NCBI GenBank assembly: GCA_021784115.1 | Contig: JAJXTE010000003.1 | Coordinates: forward strand, 1,731-65,730 | DNA: 64,000 nucleotides | From: Pseudomonadota bacterium | GTDB taxonomy: Bacteria > Pseudomonadota > Gammaproteobacteria > Burkholderiales > Thiobacillaceae | Direction: 5' to 3' | Shown here: piece by piece, positions 49,301-59,489 of the stretch | Position numbering within the stretch: position 1 is the first letter of the stretch | Layout: each line of letters starts with the position of its first letter | Program-made: the position numbers and the translations under genes | Notes under the pieces: generated by a model | Told to the model about the DNA's origin: nothing | Databases searched by the model: none | Seen by the model: only the letters and a program-made list of their open reading frames with translations

Positions 49301-50056
49301 CTAGCCCGCCAACGCGCGCAGGGTGGGCACCGCAAGGCCGAAGGTGTCTGCATGCTGCAGTGCACGCGCCAGCCGCGCCGGTGCCGAGCGGCCGGTGCAG
49401 CCGTGTTCGGGGTCGGCCTCGAAGGCTTCGAGCATGCCGGCGATGAGTTTGTCACGGTCGTGCCTGACGCCGGTCAAGGCATCCTGGATGTCCATCACCT
49501 CGCTCGCCACCTGGCGTGCGAAGCCTTCGTGCTGCGCCCATAGCTGCGACACGGTGCCGCCGGTCTTGAGTCCGGCGATGTTGGTCGTCAGGATGTAGAC
49601 ATTCTTCCGCACCAGTTCGAACAGCAGTTCGTCGCCCAGGGCGACTTCGCGGCAAGGCAGCTCGATTGAATGCAGCGCACGGCACAGCAGCGCGGCGCCG
49701 GGGCCAGCCACAGGGGACGCAATCAGGGGCCTGGCGTCGGTGCCCTTTTTCTTCTCGAACCACACGGAGATCACGGTCGGGTTGACGTAGCGGTGCTTTT
49801 CCCAGTCGCGCGGCAGCAACTCGTTCTGGATCAGCGCGGCGCGCGGCTTCCAGGCGTCGGGGAGCGCCGCGAGCACGCCATGCAGGTCGTTCTCGGCCAC
49901 CGCTGCCAACACCAGTTCGGGCGCCGGATGCGATTGCGCCAGCGCGTTCATGTCGTCGCCGCGATTGAGCGGGACGACGGTGCGGCCGGCACGCAAGAGT
50001 CCGCCGGCGAACACGCGGCCCAGTTGCCCGAGCCCAATGACGACCACTTCGCTCAT
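49301..50056 (-). CDS. NAD(P)-binding Rossmann-fold protein (ketopantoate-reductase-N-like), hypothetical
   Basis: N-terminal VVVIGLGQLGRVFAGGL dinucleotide-binding motif, 251 aa. No finer assignment possible. Confidence 0.6.
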   Translation of the reverse strand: MSEVVVIGLGQLGRVFAGGLLRAGRTVVPLNRGDDMNALAQSHPAPELVLAAVAENDLHGVLAALPDAWKPRAALIQNELLPRDWEKHRYVNPTVISVWFEKKKGTDARPLIASPVAGPGAALLCRALHSIELPCREVALGDELLFELVRKNVYILTTNIAGLKTGGTVSQLWAQHEGFARQVASEVMDIQDALTGVRHDRDKLIAGMLEAFEADPEHGCTGRSAPARLARALQHADTFGLAVPTLRALAG

Positions 50057-50067
50057 GCCGTGTTTCC

Positions 50068-51660
50068 TTATTCCAGGCCCTTGGAATGCAGGTATTCATC
50101 GTAGTCACCCATGTAGAACTCGACGCCCTCGGGCGTGATTTCGAGGATGCGGGTGGCGAGGCTGGAGACGAACTGGCGGTCGTGCGAGACGAAGATCAGC
50201 GTGCCCTTGAACAGGTCGAGCGCGAGGTTCAGCGACTCGATCGATTCCATGTCCATGTGGTTGGTCGGTTCGTCCATCACCAGCACGTTGTGGCGGCCGA
50301 GCATCAGCTTGCCGTAGAGCATGCGGCCCTTCTCGCCGCCGGACAGCACGCGCACCGATTTCTTGACGTCGTCGCCGGAGAACAGCAGCCGTCCGAGGAT
50401 GCCGCGCAGGACCTGCTCGTCGTCGCCCGGCTGCGTCCACTGGTGCATCCAGTCGGTGAGGTTGAGGTCGCTGTCGAAGTCGGCAACGTGGTCCTGCGAG
50501 AAGTAGCCGATGTTGGCGTTCTCGCTCCATTTCACCTCACCGAACTGGGGGGTGAGCTCGCTCATCAAGAGCTTCATCAATGTGGATTTGCCGACGCCGT
50601 TGCCGCCGATGACAGCCATTTTTTCGCCGGCTTCCAGCGAAAATGCCATGTTGGAAAACAGCGGCGTGCCGTCATAGCCGAACTTGAGGTTCTCGACCTC
50701 GAGTGCGCGGCGATGCAGCAGTTTTTCCGGCTCGAAGCGGATGTAGGGGTTTTGCCGCGACGAAGGCTTGAAGTCCTCGATCTTGATCTTGTCGATCATC
50801 TTCATGCGGCTGGTGGCCTGGCGCGCCTTGGATTTGTTGGCGGAGAAACGGCGCACGAATTCCTGCAGTTCGGCGACCTTGTCCTTGGCCTTGGCATTGG
50901 CGCTGGCCTGGCGCTCCTTGACCTGCGTCGACGCCAGCATGTAGTCGTCGTAGTTGCCCGGGTAGACCTTGATGGTGCCGAAGTCGAGGTCGGCCATGTG
51001 GGTACAGACCTGATTGAGAAAGTGGCGGTCGTGCGAGATGACGATGATGGTGGCTTTGCTCTCGTTCAGCACGTTTTCCAGCCAGCGGATGGTGTTGATG
51101 TCGAGGTTGTTGGTCGGCTCGTCGAGCAGCAGCATGTCGGGGTTGGAGAACAGTGCCTGCGTCAGCAGCACGCGCAGCTTGAAGCCGGGCGCGATCTGGC
51201 TCATGGGGCCGGTGTGCTGCTCGGTGGGGATGCCGACGCCGAGCAGCAGCTGGCCGGCACGCGCTTCCGCGTCATAGCCGCCCATTTCGCCGAATTTGGC
51301 TTCGAGTTCGGCGGCATGCAAGTAGTCTTCCTCGCTCGCCTCCGGGTCCATGTAGATGGCGTCCTTTTCCTGCATCACCCGCCACATCTCGGCGTGGCCC
51401 TGCAGCACCACGTCGAGCACGCGCTGGTCTTCGTAGCCGAACTGGTCCTGGCGCAGCCAGGCCATGCGCTCGCCGGGGTCGAGCGAGACGTTGCCCGAGG
51501 TGGGCTCGAGTTCGCCGGCGAGGATTTTCATGAAGGTAGACTTGCCGCAGCCGTTGGCGCCGATCAGGCCATAGCGGTTGCCGTCGCCGAACTTGACGTT
51601 GACGTTCTCGAACAGGGGCTTGGAAGCGAATTGCAGGGTGATGCTGGAAGCGGTGAGCAC
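50068..51660 (-). CDS. ABC-F family ATPase (YbiT-like)
   Basis: Two ABC cassettes, each with Walker A ([18 protein letters not shown]), signature (LSGG) and Walker B. No TM domain. 530 aa. Confidence 0.93.
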   Translation of the reverse strand: MLTASSITLQFASKPLFENVNVKFGDGNRYGLIGANGCGKSTFMKILAGELEPTSGNVSLDPGERMAWLRQDQFGYEDQRVLDVVLQGHAEMWRVMQEKDAIYMDPEASEEDYLHAAELEAKFGEMGGYDAEARAGQLLLGVGIPTEQHTGPMSQIAPGFKLRVLLTQALFSNPDMLLLDEPTNNLDINTIRWLENVLNESKATIIVISHDRHFLNQVCTHMADLDFGTIKVYPGNYDDYMLASTQVKERQASANAKAKDKVAELQEFVRRFSANKSKARQATSRMKMIDKIKIEDFKPSSRQNPYIRFEPEKLLHRRALEVENLKFGYDGTPLFSNMAFSLEAGEKMAVIGGNGVGKSTLMKLLMSELTPQFGEVKWSENANIGYFSQDHVADFDSDLNLTDWMHQWTQPGDDEQVLRGILGRLLFSGDDVKKSVRVLSGGEKGRMLYGKLMLGRHNVLVMDEPTNHMDMESIESLNLALDLFKGTLIFVSHDRQFVSSLATRILEITPEGVEFYMGDYDEYLHSKGLE

Positions 51661-51734
51661 GGGCGTGTTCCTGGGATGCGGGAAAAACGCGGCATTTTAA
51701 CATCCTGCCGCCCGCGGCCCGGACGGCCTGGCCC

Positions 51735-54539
51735 TTACAGCGTGTGGCTTGAAACGTGCGCTTGGCTGTTGCCCTGCAGCGCCGGGTGGTCTGGAATCGG
51801 CCGGTCCAGGTAATAGCCCTGGACCAGATCGACGCCGAAGCGGGTCAACAAGGCGAGTGTCGGGCCGTCCTCGACGTATTCCGCCACGACGGATTTGCCG
51901 AGACCGACCGCGACGCTCACCATGGCGCGGACGAATACCTGGTTGTCGGGGTCGTTGGGCAGGTCGCGGATGAAAATGCCATCGATCTTGATGGTGTCGA
52001 CATTCAGGTGCTTGAGGTAGGCGAAGGAGGCGAAGCCGACGCCGAAGTCGTCGAGGCAGACGCCGCATCCGAGCTGGTGCAGCGCCTCGATCATGCGCTG
52101 CGCGTCGTGCAGGTCGGAAACGGCCGCGGTTTCCGTGATTTCGACGATCAGTCGAGCGGGATTGACGCCGGCCCGGCGCAACTCGTCGCCGATGTATTGC
52201 GGCATGCTGGGTTCGGACAGCGACCGCCCCGACAGGTTGAGCGCGATCGCGGGGATGTTCGGGTTCGCGGCCAGGCGGCGCAGCGTCTCGTGGATGACCC
52301 AGCGGTCGATGTCGAGGATGCGGCCGCTTTTTTCGGCCAGCTGGATGAAGTAGGACGGCATGATCAGTTGATCCGGCTTGCGCTCGTCCGTCATGCGGAT
52401 GAGCGCTTCCAGATGCGACAGCGCGCCGCCCTCGGCCCGGTACACGCCCTGGAAATGCAACTGGAACAGGCCCTTGTCGAGCGCATTGCTGATGCGCTCG
52501 CCCCACGACAGGCGGCTTCGCATTTCGATGTCCGCTTCCGTATCGGCGCGGTATACGCGCCAGGTATTCTTGCCGGCATCCTTGGCCTGGTACATGGCGA
52601 TGTCCGCGCGTGCAACCAGATCGTCGGCATCCGCTGCATGCCCCGGATAGCAGGCGATGCCGAGACTGGTGGTCAGCCGCAGATCCTGGCCCTCGAAGCG
52701 GAAGGGAATCTGTGCGATCGCGCGCACCACGCGATCGGCCAGGATTTCCGCTTCGTTGCCCTGCATGGCAGGCAGCAGGATGGCGAACTCGTCGCCACCC
52801 AGTCTCGCCAGCACTTCGTTGCGGCGCACCAGGGCGCTGATTTCGCCGGCCACCCGGATCAGGAGCGCATCGCCGGCGCGGTGGCCGTAGCTGTCGTTGA
52901 TGGTCTTGAATTCGTCAAGGTCAAAGAACATGACCGCGCACTGCGTCTGGTGGCGGTCGCTGTCCAGCATGGTTCGCGCCAGCTCCTGCTGGAAGCGGTG
53001 ACGGTTGTAGAGCCCGGTGAGCGCGTCGCGCTCGGCCAGATACACCAGCTGCTCGGCCGTCTGGCGCTCGCGGGTGACGTCCTCGTAGATCCACAGGTGG
53101 CCGATGAAGCGGCCTTCGCGGTCGCGTACCGGGTAATCGAGTTCGGTGATGACACGGCCATCGGTCATCTGGATTTCATACCTGTCGGACACGTCGTGCG
53201 CCTCCAGCACCGACTGCAAATGCCTGGAGAAATGATCGGGGCGCGCCAGCAACGACGTCGATTGGGCGAGTACCTCATGCACCGGCAGGCCGATCAGGCG
53301 GATCGCCTCGTCGATCATCCACATGCGGGTGAATGCGGGATTGTGGTAGATCACTCGGCCGTCGGCGGCGGCGAACAGAATGCCCAGGTTCATCGCAGAC
53401 AGCAGCGATACGAGGCGGGCGCGTTCCTGTTCGGTTTCGTCCAGATACCGGCTTTGCAGGCTTTCCGCTGTGCGCAGTTCGTTGATCGCCTGGCGCAGGT
53501 TGGCCTCGGTCGCCTTGAGGTCGTCGATGCTGTGGATACTGGCGCGAATGCCCTGATACACGCCGCTGTAATCGTGGATCGGCTGCCAGTTCACCACCGC
53601 CCAGAAATGGCCGCCATCCTTGCGGCAGACGCGCAAGGTGTAACCCTGGCCGGAGGTGCCGCGCAAGGCCTGACGCAACTGGAATTCCGCTGCCGTGCGG
53701 TCTTCCGGGTGGATGATGTCGGCCGGAAAGTTCATCTTCCCCATGCATTCGCCGACGCTGTGGCCGAGCATGCGTTCGACCGAGGGGTTGACCCACAGCA
53801 GCTTGCCGTCGGGCGACAGCCAGAACTCGAGATCGTGGGTGTAATCGGCGATGGCGTGAAAGCGCGCCTCGTTTTCGCGTGCGCGGTCGATGTTGAAACG
53901 CACCGACTCGGCCATGCGGTTGAAGGTGTCGACCAGCTGGCCGATCTCGTCCTCGCCGGCGCCGGTCAGCCTGACGTCCAGGTCGCCTTGCGCCATGCGC
54001 TTGCTGGCGCGGGTCAGTGCCTCGAAGCGACGTACCACGCCGCCGACCGACAAGGCCAGCAGAAAACCCGTCAGCAGCAAGGCGGCGGCTGCAATGAACA
54101 GGCTTTGCCGGAGATAGCGGCTGCGCGCCTGCTGGATGAAATCGCCTCCCAGCACCAGGGTGATATCGCCGTAGCGATGGCCTGAGAATTCGATCGGCTG
54201 GACCAGCCGGAAATCGGCTTCCGTGCCGGCGATCCCCGCCTGGTGCACGACGCGATTGCTGCTGTCGCGCACCTCGATCATCTTCAGGCCGCCCTCGCGC
54301 CGGATCGTTTCGACGATGTCGCGCACGCCGGCGTCGTCCTGTTGCGTGAGCGGGGACAGCAGGGCGGCCGCCAGGGTTTTACCCATGTCCTGTGCGCGAT
54401 TCTCGGCCTGCTGCTGCAACTCCTGGCTGGTGAGATGGACGCCGTTGATGATCAGGAATGCCAGCATCAGGGCTTCCACGCTCAGCGCGGCGAGCGTGAG
54501 CTTGTAGCGCAACGAGAGGCGTCCGAACCAGGCCTTCAT
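51735..54539 (-). CDS. membrane sensor, TM-HAMP-PAS-PAS-GGDEF-EAL c-di-GMP turnover protein
   Basis: Two TM segments and a HAMP domain (RMAQGDLDVRL), followed by PAS regions. Both catalytic motifs are intact: GGDEF (RLGGDEFAILL) and EAL (LEALIRM). Confidence 0.92.
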   Translation of the reverse strand: MKAWFGRLSLRYKLTLAALSVEALMLAFLIINGVHLTSQELQQQAENRAQDMGKTLAAALLSPLTQQDDAGVRDIVETIRREGGLKMIEVRDSSNRVVHQAGIAGTEADFRLVQPIEFSGHRYGDITLVLGGDFIQQARSRYLRQSLFIAAAALLLTGFLLALSVGGVVRRFEALTRASKRMAQGDLDVRLTGAGEDEIGQLVDTFNRMAESVRFNIDRARENEARFHAIADYTHDLEFWLSPDGKLLWVNPSVERMLGHSVGECMGKMNFPADIIHPEDRTAAEFQLRQALRGTSGQGYTLRVCRKDGGHFWAVVNWQPIHDYSGVYQGIRASIHSIDDLKATEANLRQAINELRTAESLQSRYLDETEQERARLVSLLSAMNLGILFAAADGRVIYHNPAFTRMWMIDEAIRLIGLPVHEVLAQSTSLLARPDHFSRHLQSVLEAHDVSDRYEIQMTDGRVITELDYPVRDREGRFIGHLWIYEDVTRERQTAEQLVYLAERDALTGLYNRHRFQQELARTMLDSDRHQTQCAVMFFDLDEFKTINDSYGHRAGDALLIRVAGEISALVRRNEVLARLGGDEFAILLPAMQGNEAEILADRVVRAIAQIPFRFEGQDLRLTTSLGIACYPGHAADADDLVARADIAMYQAKDAGKNTWRVYRADTEADIEMRSRLSWGERISNALDKGLFQLHFQGVYRAEGGALSHLEALIRMTDERKPDQLIMPSYFIQLAEKSGRILDIDRWVIHETLRRLAANPNIPAIALNLSGRSLSEPSMPQYIGDELRRAGVNPARLIVEITETAAVSDLHDAQRMIEALHQLGCGVCLDDFGVGFASFAYLKHLNVDTIKIDGIFIRDLPNDPDNQVFVRAMVSVAVGLGKSVVAEYVEDGPTLALLTRFGVDLVQGYYLDRPIPDHPALQGNSQAHVSSHTL

Positions 54540-55384
54540 TGCGTGGCCCGCATCATTTCTTCTGCCTGCAGGGCATAGGGTCGGAACGCCCGCAGTTCGG
54601 TGCCATCCACGGCGGCGAAGCCCCCGTACCCGCCGTGCTGCATGAAGGCCTTCCCTTCTGGCGTGGCGGCGAAATCGAGCAATGCCCTGCGTATCACGCT
54701 GGCTTCCTGGTCACGCAGACGCGGGTGGGTCAGGTACATCAGGCTTGAAAGGGGCGCGGTCTGGATGAGCACGCGCAACTGCTGACGCAATTCGGGCGGG
54801 AGCAGCAGGTAGGGGTGCAGCCCCAGCATGGCCGCCGCCGCGCGTCCATTGATGAGCTGCATCACGGCATTGAGGTGGGTGCCGAATTCCGCCGTCTGGT
54901 AATCGACGTTGCGCCTGAGTCCGTGCGCGGCCATGTCGGCTTGCAGGGCCAATGACGCCACGGCCATGGCGTCGGGGGTGGCGATGTTGTGGCCGCGCAG
55001 GTCGTCCGGTGCCCGGTACGGCGAGGTGTTCTTGACGACCAGCAGGCCGCGCGTGGGCTGGGCATATTTGAGCAGCGGCCGGTAGCCGGCATCCTGCCGC
55101 GCCAGCCAGGCCAGATGGGGCGCCGTGAGCAGAATGTCGTAGTTTCCCTGCCGGCTGCGCTCGACAAAGGTCTTGAAGTCGCGCGCGCTGTGGATGACGA
55201 CCTGGCGCCGCAGGCGTTTTGCCATCGCGTCGGCGAGCGGCTGGTAGGTCTCGATGATTTGCTTGGCTGTCATGTTCGGGAACACGCCGAAAACCAGGGG
55301 CGCGTCTGCCGAGCCTGTCTGGGCGTCAGCGCTCACCGGCATGGCGAGTGCGCCCGCCACCACAACAGGGACGAGGAGCATCAT
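54536..55384 (-). CDS. periplasmic PhnD-like (phosphonate/phosphate-type) substrate-binding protein
   Basis: Signal peptide MMLLVPVVVAGALAMPVSADA, then a PBP2 PhnD-like sequence (LVFGVFPN...A.Q....Y.PL...). The stop overlaps the start of the GGDEF-EAL gene. The ORF is open to 55528. Confidence 0.7.
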   Translation of the reverse strand: MMLLVPVVVAGALAMPVSADAQTGSADAPLVFGVFPNMTAKQIIETYQPLADAMAKRLRRQVVIHSARDFKTFVERSRQGNYDILLTAPHLAWLARQDAGYRPLLKYAQPTRGLLVVKNTSPYRAPDDLRGHNIATPDAMAVASLALQADMAAHGLRRNVDYQTAEFGTHLNAVMQLINGRAAAAMLGLHPYLLLPPELRQQLRVLIQTAPLSSLMYLTHPRLRDQEASVIRRALLDFAATPEGKAFMQHGGYGGFAAVDGTELRAFRPYALQAEEMMRATQ

Positions 55385-55543
55385 CGGTACCGGACGGCCG
55401 ACTCGCGGGGGATGAAGGCGCACCCATCCCTGTATGACCCTGCCAAGCAGGCGCCGGGTTCTGGCAACGAACGCATGCGCGTGGAATCGAAGGCTGGACA
55501 CCGCTGCCCGCTGGACAAATCGATACAAACTGACTTTCCTTGT

Positions 55544-56857
55544 TTACAGGGTCTTTTGCAGAACCTTGGATTTCCGCTTGTAGTTGTAAAGCGCCTGCTT
55601 GCTCCGGGGCAGATGATCGGGGCTGCTGTCGACGAAGCCGCGTTCCTCGAACCAGTGCTCGGTGCGGGTGGTCAGCACGAACAGTTTCCTGAAGCCTGCC
55701 TTCTTGCCCCGTTTCTCGGCTTCTGCCAGCAGCAGGTTGCCAAACCCGCGCCCGCGAAACTCGCTGGAGACGGCCAGACAGGCGAGTTCGGCCGCCTGCT
55801 CTTCCGGGAAGGGGTACAGCGCGGCGCAGCCGGCGATGACGCCATCGGATTCGAGCACCAGAAAGCGGTCGACTTCCATTTCCAGCAGTTCACGCGAGCG
55901 CCGAACCAGGATGCCCTCGCGCTCCAGCGGCTCGATCAGGCCGAGGATGCCGCCGACGTCGTCGATGGTGGCGGGGCGCAGGGTTTCCAGCGGTGCCGGC
56001 GCAACCAGGGTGCCGACGCCTTCGCGGGTAAACAGTTCGGACAGCAATGCGCCGTCGCGATGGCGGCTGATCAGGTGGGCGCGCTTGACGCCCTGGGTGC
56101 AGGCCGTGATCGCACACGGCAGGTAATAGGTTACGTCCTCGGGCAGCTTCTTCGCCTTGTCGAGCACCTGCCGTGCCTCGTTGACGGTGAGGGCGTTATG
56201 GATGGTGCGGCCCTTGTCGGGCACGCCTTCGGTGTCCATCAGGAAGATCAGCTTGTCGGCCGCCAGTTCGACCGCCGCCTGGGTGGCCACGTCTTCCAGG
56301 CTGAGGTTGAAGATCTCCCCGGTCGGCGAATAGCCGATCGGCGACAGCAGCACGATGTCGTGCTGGTCGAGTCTTCTGCGAATGGCGGCGGCGTCGATCT
56401 TGCGGACCTCGCCGGTGTGCAGCAGATCCTCTCCTTCGATGACGCCGATGGGCTTGGCGGTGACGAAGTTGCCCGAGGCCACCCGGATGTCGGCGCCTGC
56501 CATCGGCGTATTGGCCAGGCCCAGCGACAACAGCGCTTCGATTTCCACCCGCACGGTGCCCGCGGCTTCCTTGACGCAGGCCAGTGCGGTGTCGTCGGTA
56601 ACGCGCAGGCCGCTCACGTAGCGGATCGCCGTGCCGCTTTCGGTCAGGCGCGCCTCGACCTGCGGCCGCACGCCGTGGACCAGCACCAGTCGCACGCCCA
56701 GGCTGTTCAGCAGGTTGACGTCGTGCGCCAATTGGACGAAGCCGCCATCCGCCACCAGTTCGCCGCCAAAGGCGATGACAAAGGTCTTGCCGCGAAAGCC
56801 GTGGATGTACGGCGCGGCAGAGCGGAACCAGTGGACGAAATGGGTGGTATCTTTCAA
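55544..56857 (-). CDS. argA: amino-acid N-acetyltransferase (N-acetylglutamate synthase)
   Basis: 437 aa. N-terminal amino-acid-kinase-like domain (FVHWFRSAAPYIH.FRGKTFVIAFGGE) plus a C-terminal GNAT domain (RGRGFGNLLL). Confidence 0.93.
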   Translation of the reverse strand: MKDTTHFVHWFRSAAPYIHGFRGKTFVIAFGGELVADGGFVQLAHDVNLLNSLGVRLVLVHGVRPQVEARLTESGTAIRYVSGLRVTDDTALACVKEAAGTVRVEIEALLSLGLANTPMAGADIRVASGNFVTAKPIGVIEGEDLLHTGEVRKIDAAAIRRRLDQHDIVLLSPIGYSPTGEIFNLSLEDVATQAAVELAADKLIFLMDTEGVPDKGRTIHNALTVNEARQVLDKAKKLPEDVTYYLPCAITACTQGVKRAHLISRHRDGALLSELFTREGVGTLVAPAPLETLRPATIDDVGGILGLIEPLEREGILVRRSRELLEMEVDRFLVLESDGVIAGCAALYPFPEEQAAELACLAVSSEFRGRGFGNLLLAEAEKRGKKAGFRKLFVLTTRTEHWFEERGFVDSSPDHLPRSKQALYNYKRKSKVLQKTL

Positions 56858-57036
56858 AAGTAGGGCCTGAGCGGGTTGTTTAACGCGAAGGATACAGAAA
56901 ACACCCGCGAAACGGAGGGGGCCGATTCTTCCCGCGGTTAAATTAGTGGAATAAATCGGATAGGATTCGCGTCATCATCCAGATGAGTCGCGACATGATT
57001 TTCCGTTTCAACCAACAACCTGAAGGAGACACGAGA

Positions 57037-57477
57037 ATGAAGTACATGAACAAAGTGACGGGCGCGCTTCTGGGTGGCGCATTGATGCTGGGGGCGCTGG
57101 CGCTTCCGTCCGCCGCTGTCGCAGGAAACGACAATGCGCAGATGAAAGTGGTGATTCAGGTGAGCGATGCCAACCCGGCTACCTGGGGTCTGGCACTGAA
57201 TAACGTCAAGAACTTCCAGGCCGCGACGAAGGGCAATGCCAAAATTGAAGTCGTGGCCTATGGGCCTGGCATCGGCATGCTGACGGCTGATTCCGAAATG
57301 GCCAATCGCGTGAGTGAAGCCGTAGATTCCGGGGTGAAGGTGGCTGCGTGCGGGAACACCATGAAGGCGAAAAATCTTACCAAGGCGGACATGAATCCCA
57401 AGGTCGACATTGTGCCCGGCGGCGTGGTGGAAATCGTGAAACGCCAAATGGAAGGCTACAGCTACATTCGCCCGTAA
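57037..57477 (+). CDS. secreted DsrE/DsrF-like family protein
   Basis: GGAGA SD and signal peptide ending AVAG. DsrE-like core: KVVIQVSDANPATWGLALNNV.N...VVAYGPGI.ML...V.ACGNTM. Confidence 0.7.
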   Translation: MKYMNKVTGALLGGALMLGALALPSAAVAGNDNAQMKVVIQVSDANPATWGLALNNVKNFQAATKGNAKIEVVAYGPGIGMLTADSEMANRVSEAVDSGVKVAACGNTMKAKNLTKADMNPKVDIVPGGVVEIVKRQMEGYSYIRP

Positions 57478-57493
57478 ACGGGCGAGGTGGGGT

Positions 57494-57520
57494 AAAACCG
57501 GGCCTGCGCCCGGTTTTTTT
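57494..57520. terminator. Rho-independent terminator (bidirectional geometry)
   Basis: AAAACCGGGC-CTGC-GCCCGGTTTT followed by T7. It lies between the convergent DsrE-like gene and rsmE. Confidence 0.78.
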
Positions 57521-57534
57521 ACGCCTGTTGCCGC

Positions 57535-58263
57535 CTAAAAATCACCCCATAGCGTCTGCATGGCGGCCAAGGCGGCCAGCGCGGCGGTCTCGGTGCGCAG
57601 TACGCGCGGCCCCAGCCGTACGGACATGGCCCCCGCCGCATGCAGTGCGGCGATCTCATCGGCCTCGAACCCCCCCTCGGGGCCGGCCACCAGACTATCC
57701 TGTGTAATGGGCGACGGCAGATCGGCCAGCCGTGCCTCGGCGAGTGGCGACAAGAACAGCAGGCGTCCGGCCCCGTGGCGTCCCAGCCAGTCGGCCAGCG
57801 TCAGCGGCGCCGCCACCGCAGGAACCCGGTTGCGCCCGCATTGCTCGCAGGCGCTTGCGACCACGCCCTGCCAGTGCGCCACCCGCTTGTCCGCGCGTTC
57901 GCCCGCCAGCTTGACCACACTGCGCCTGGCGGCGATCGGCTGGATTGCCGCCACGCCCAGCTCCACCGCCTTCTGCAGCGTGTAGTCCATGCGTTCCCCG
58001 CTCGAAATTCCTTGCGCCAGCGTGACGCGCAGGCGCGACTCGCGTTCCACGTCGGCAAAGCCGATGACGCTGACCGCCACTTCGTCCTTGTTGATGCGTT
58101 CGATGCGCGCGGCGTACTCGCCGCCGCGGCCGTTGAACAGGGTGATCGCGTCGTCCGCGGCCAGCCGCAGGGCGCGCGCGGCATGGCGCGCGGGCCCCGC
58201 CGGCAGGCTGAAGCGGGCGCCCGGGCCGAGCGGCTGGTCGAGATAAAAACGCGGTGCAGACAT
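57535..58263 (-). CDS. rsmE: 16S rRNA (uracil1498-N3)-methyltransferase
   Basis: MSAPRFYLDQPL...G..F.L......H...LRL start, with C-terminal GPEGGF...E and LGPR.LR.ETA motifs. 242 aa. Confidence 0.9.
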   Translation of the reverse strand: MSAPRFYLDQPLGPGARFSLPAGPARHAARALRLAADDAITLFNGRGGEYAARIERINKDEVAVSVIGFADVERESRLRVTLAQGISSGERMDYTLQKAVELGVAAIQPIAARRSVVKLAGERADKRVAHWQGVVASACEQCGRNRVPAVAAPLTLADWLGRHGAGRLLFLSPLAEARLADLPSPITQDSLVAGPEGGFEADEIAALHAAGAMSVRLGPRVLRTETAALAALAAMQTLWGDF

Positions 58264-58310
58264 GTTGGTATTATGCCGGGATTGAGTGCACGTTTTGCTG
58301 GAGATGTGTC

Positions 58311-58871
58311 ATGGTTTCCCTCACCACCCCCGTGTGTGACTTTGGCTGGAAGGCCCCCGATTTCAGCCTGCCTGGCGTCGACGGCAAGGTCTGGACGCTG
58401 GCGGACGCGATGGGGCCGAAGGGTCTGCTGGTGATGTTCATCTGCAACCACTGCCCCTATGTGAAGGCGATCCGTCCCCGCCTGGTGCGCGACCTCGCCG
58501 AGCTCAAGCGTGACCATGGCATCCGTGCCATCGCCATCATGTCGAACGATCCGGCCGAATACACGGAGGATTCGTTCGACAACATGAAACGGGTGGCGGC
58601 CGAGTTTGGTTTTCCCTTCCCCTACGTGATCGACGAGACCCAGGACGTGGCGAAGGCCTACGGCGCAGTGTGTACGCCCGACTTTTTCGGGTTCAATCGC
58701 GACTTCGAGCTGCAGTATCGCGGCCGCTTCGACGAATCGCGCAAGGAAACGGCGCCCGAGGGCGTGCGGCGCGACCTGTTCGAGGCGATGAAGGGCATCG
58801 CCGCCACCCAGCGCGGCCCCGCCGACCAGATTCCAAGCATGGGCTGCTCGATCAAGTGGAAAGGGGAATGA
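58311..58871 (+). CDS. thioredoxin-fold (AhpC/TSA-like) thiol-disulfide oxidoreductase
   Basis: APDFSLPGVDGK.W.L...GPKGLLVMFICNHCPYV contains a CxxC motif. 186 aa. Confidence 0.8.
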   Translation: MVSLTTPVCDFGWKAPDFSLPGVDGKVWTLADAMGPKGLLVMFICNHCPYVKAIRPRLVRDLAELKRDHGIRAIAIMSNDPAEYTEDSFDNMKRVAAEFGFPFPYVIDETQDVAKAYGAVCTPDFFGFNRDFELQYRGRFDESRKETAPEGVRRDLFEAMKGIAATQRGPADQIPSMGCSIKWKGE

Positions 58872-58872
58872 G

Positions 58873-59487
58873 ATGGCCGACCGCCAGAAGCATTGGGAAA
58901 CCGTTTACAGCAACAAGGCAGCCGACCGGGTCAGCTGGTTCCAGCAACATGCCGCGTCGTCGTTGCGCCTGATCAAGGGCTGCGCGGGCACGGATGCGCG
59001 CGTCATCGACGTCGGCGGCGGCGCCTCGGTGCTGGTGGACGACCTGCTCGACGCCGGCTACCGCCACGTGACCGTCCTCGATCTTGCGGAATCTGCGCTC
59101 ACCGTCAGCCGGGCGCGGCTGGGCGCGCGTGCGCAGCTGGTGCAGTGGATCGCTGCCGACATCACCCGGGCCGACCTGCCGGCCGCGCATTACGACGTCT
59201 GGCACGACCGCGCGGTGTTCCATTTCCTGACCGATCAGGCCGACCGTGAGCGCTATGTCGCGCAGGTGCTGCACAGCGTCAAGCCAGGCGGGCACGTGAT
59301 CGTGGCTGCCTTCGGTCCCGGCGGGCCGCTGCAATGCTCGGGCCTCGATGTGGTGCGCTACGAACCCGACGCGCTGCACGCAGAATTCGGCGCGCCCTTC
59401 CGTCTGCTTGGGCACCAGACCGAAATCCACCACACCCCGGCGGGCCAGGAACAGGAATTTGTCTACTGCTACTGCGTGCGGACCTGA
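58873..59487 (+). CDS. class I SAM-dependent methyltransferase
   Basis: Motif I VIDVGGGASVLVDDLL. Starts 2 nt after the upstream stop. Confidence 0.8.
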   Translation: MADRQKHWETVYSNKAADRVSWFQQHAASSLRLIKGCAGTDARVIDVGGGASVLVDDLLDAGYRHVTVLDLAESALTVSRARLGARAQLVQWIAADITRADLPAAHYDVWHDRAVFHFLTDQADRERYVAQVLHSVKPGGHVIVAAFGPGGPLQCSGLDVVRYEPDALHAEFGAPFRLLGHQTEIHHTPAGQEQEFVYCYCVRT

Positions 59488-59489
59488 GC

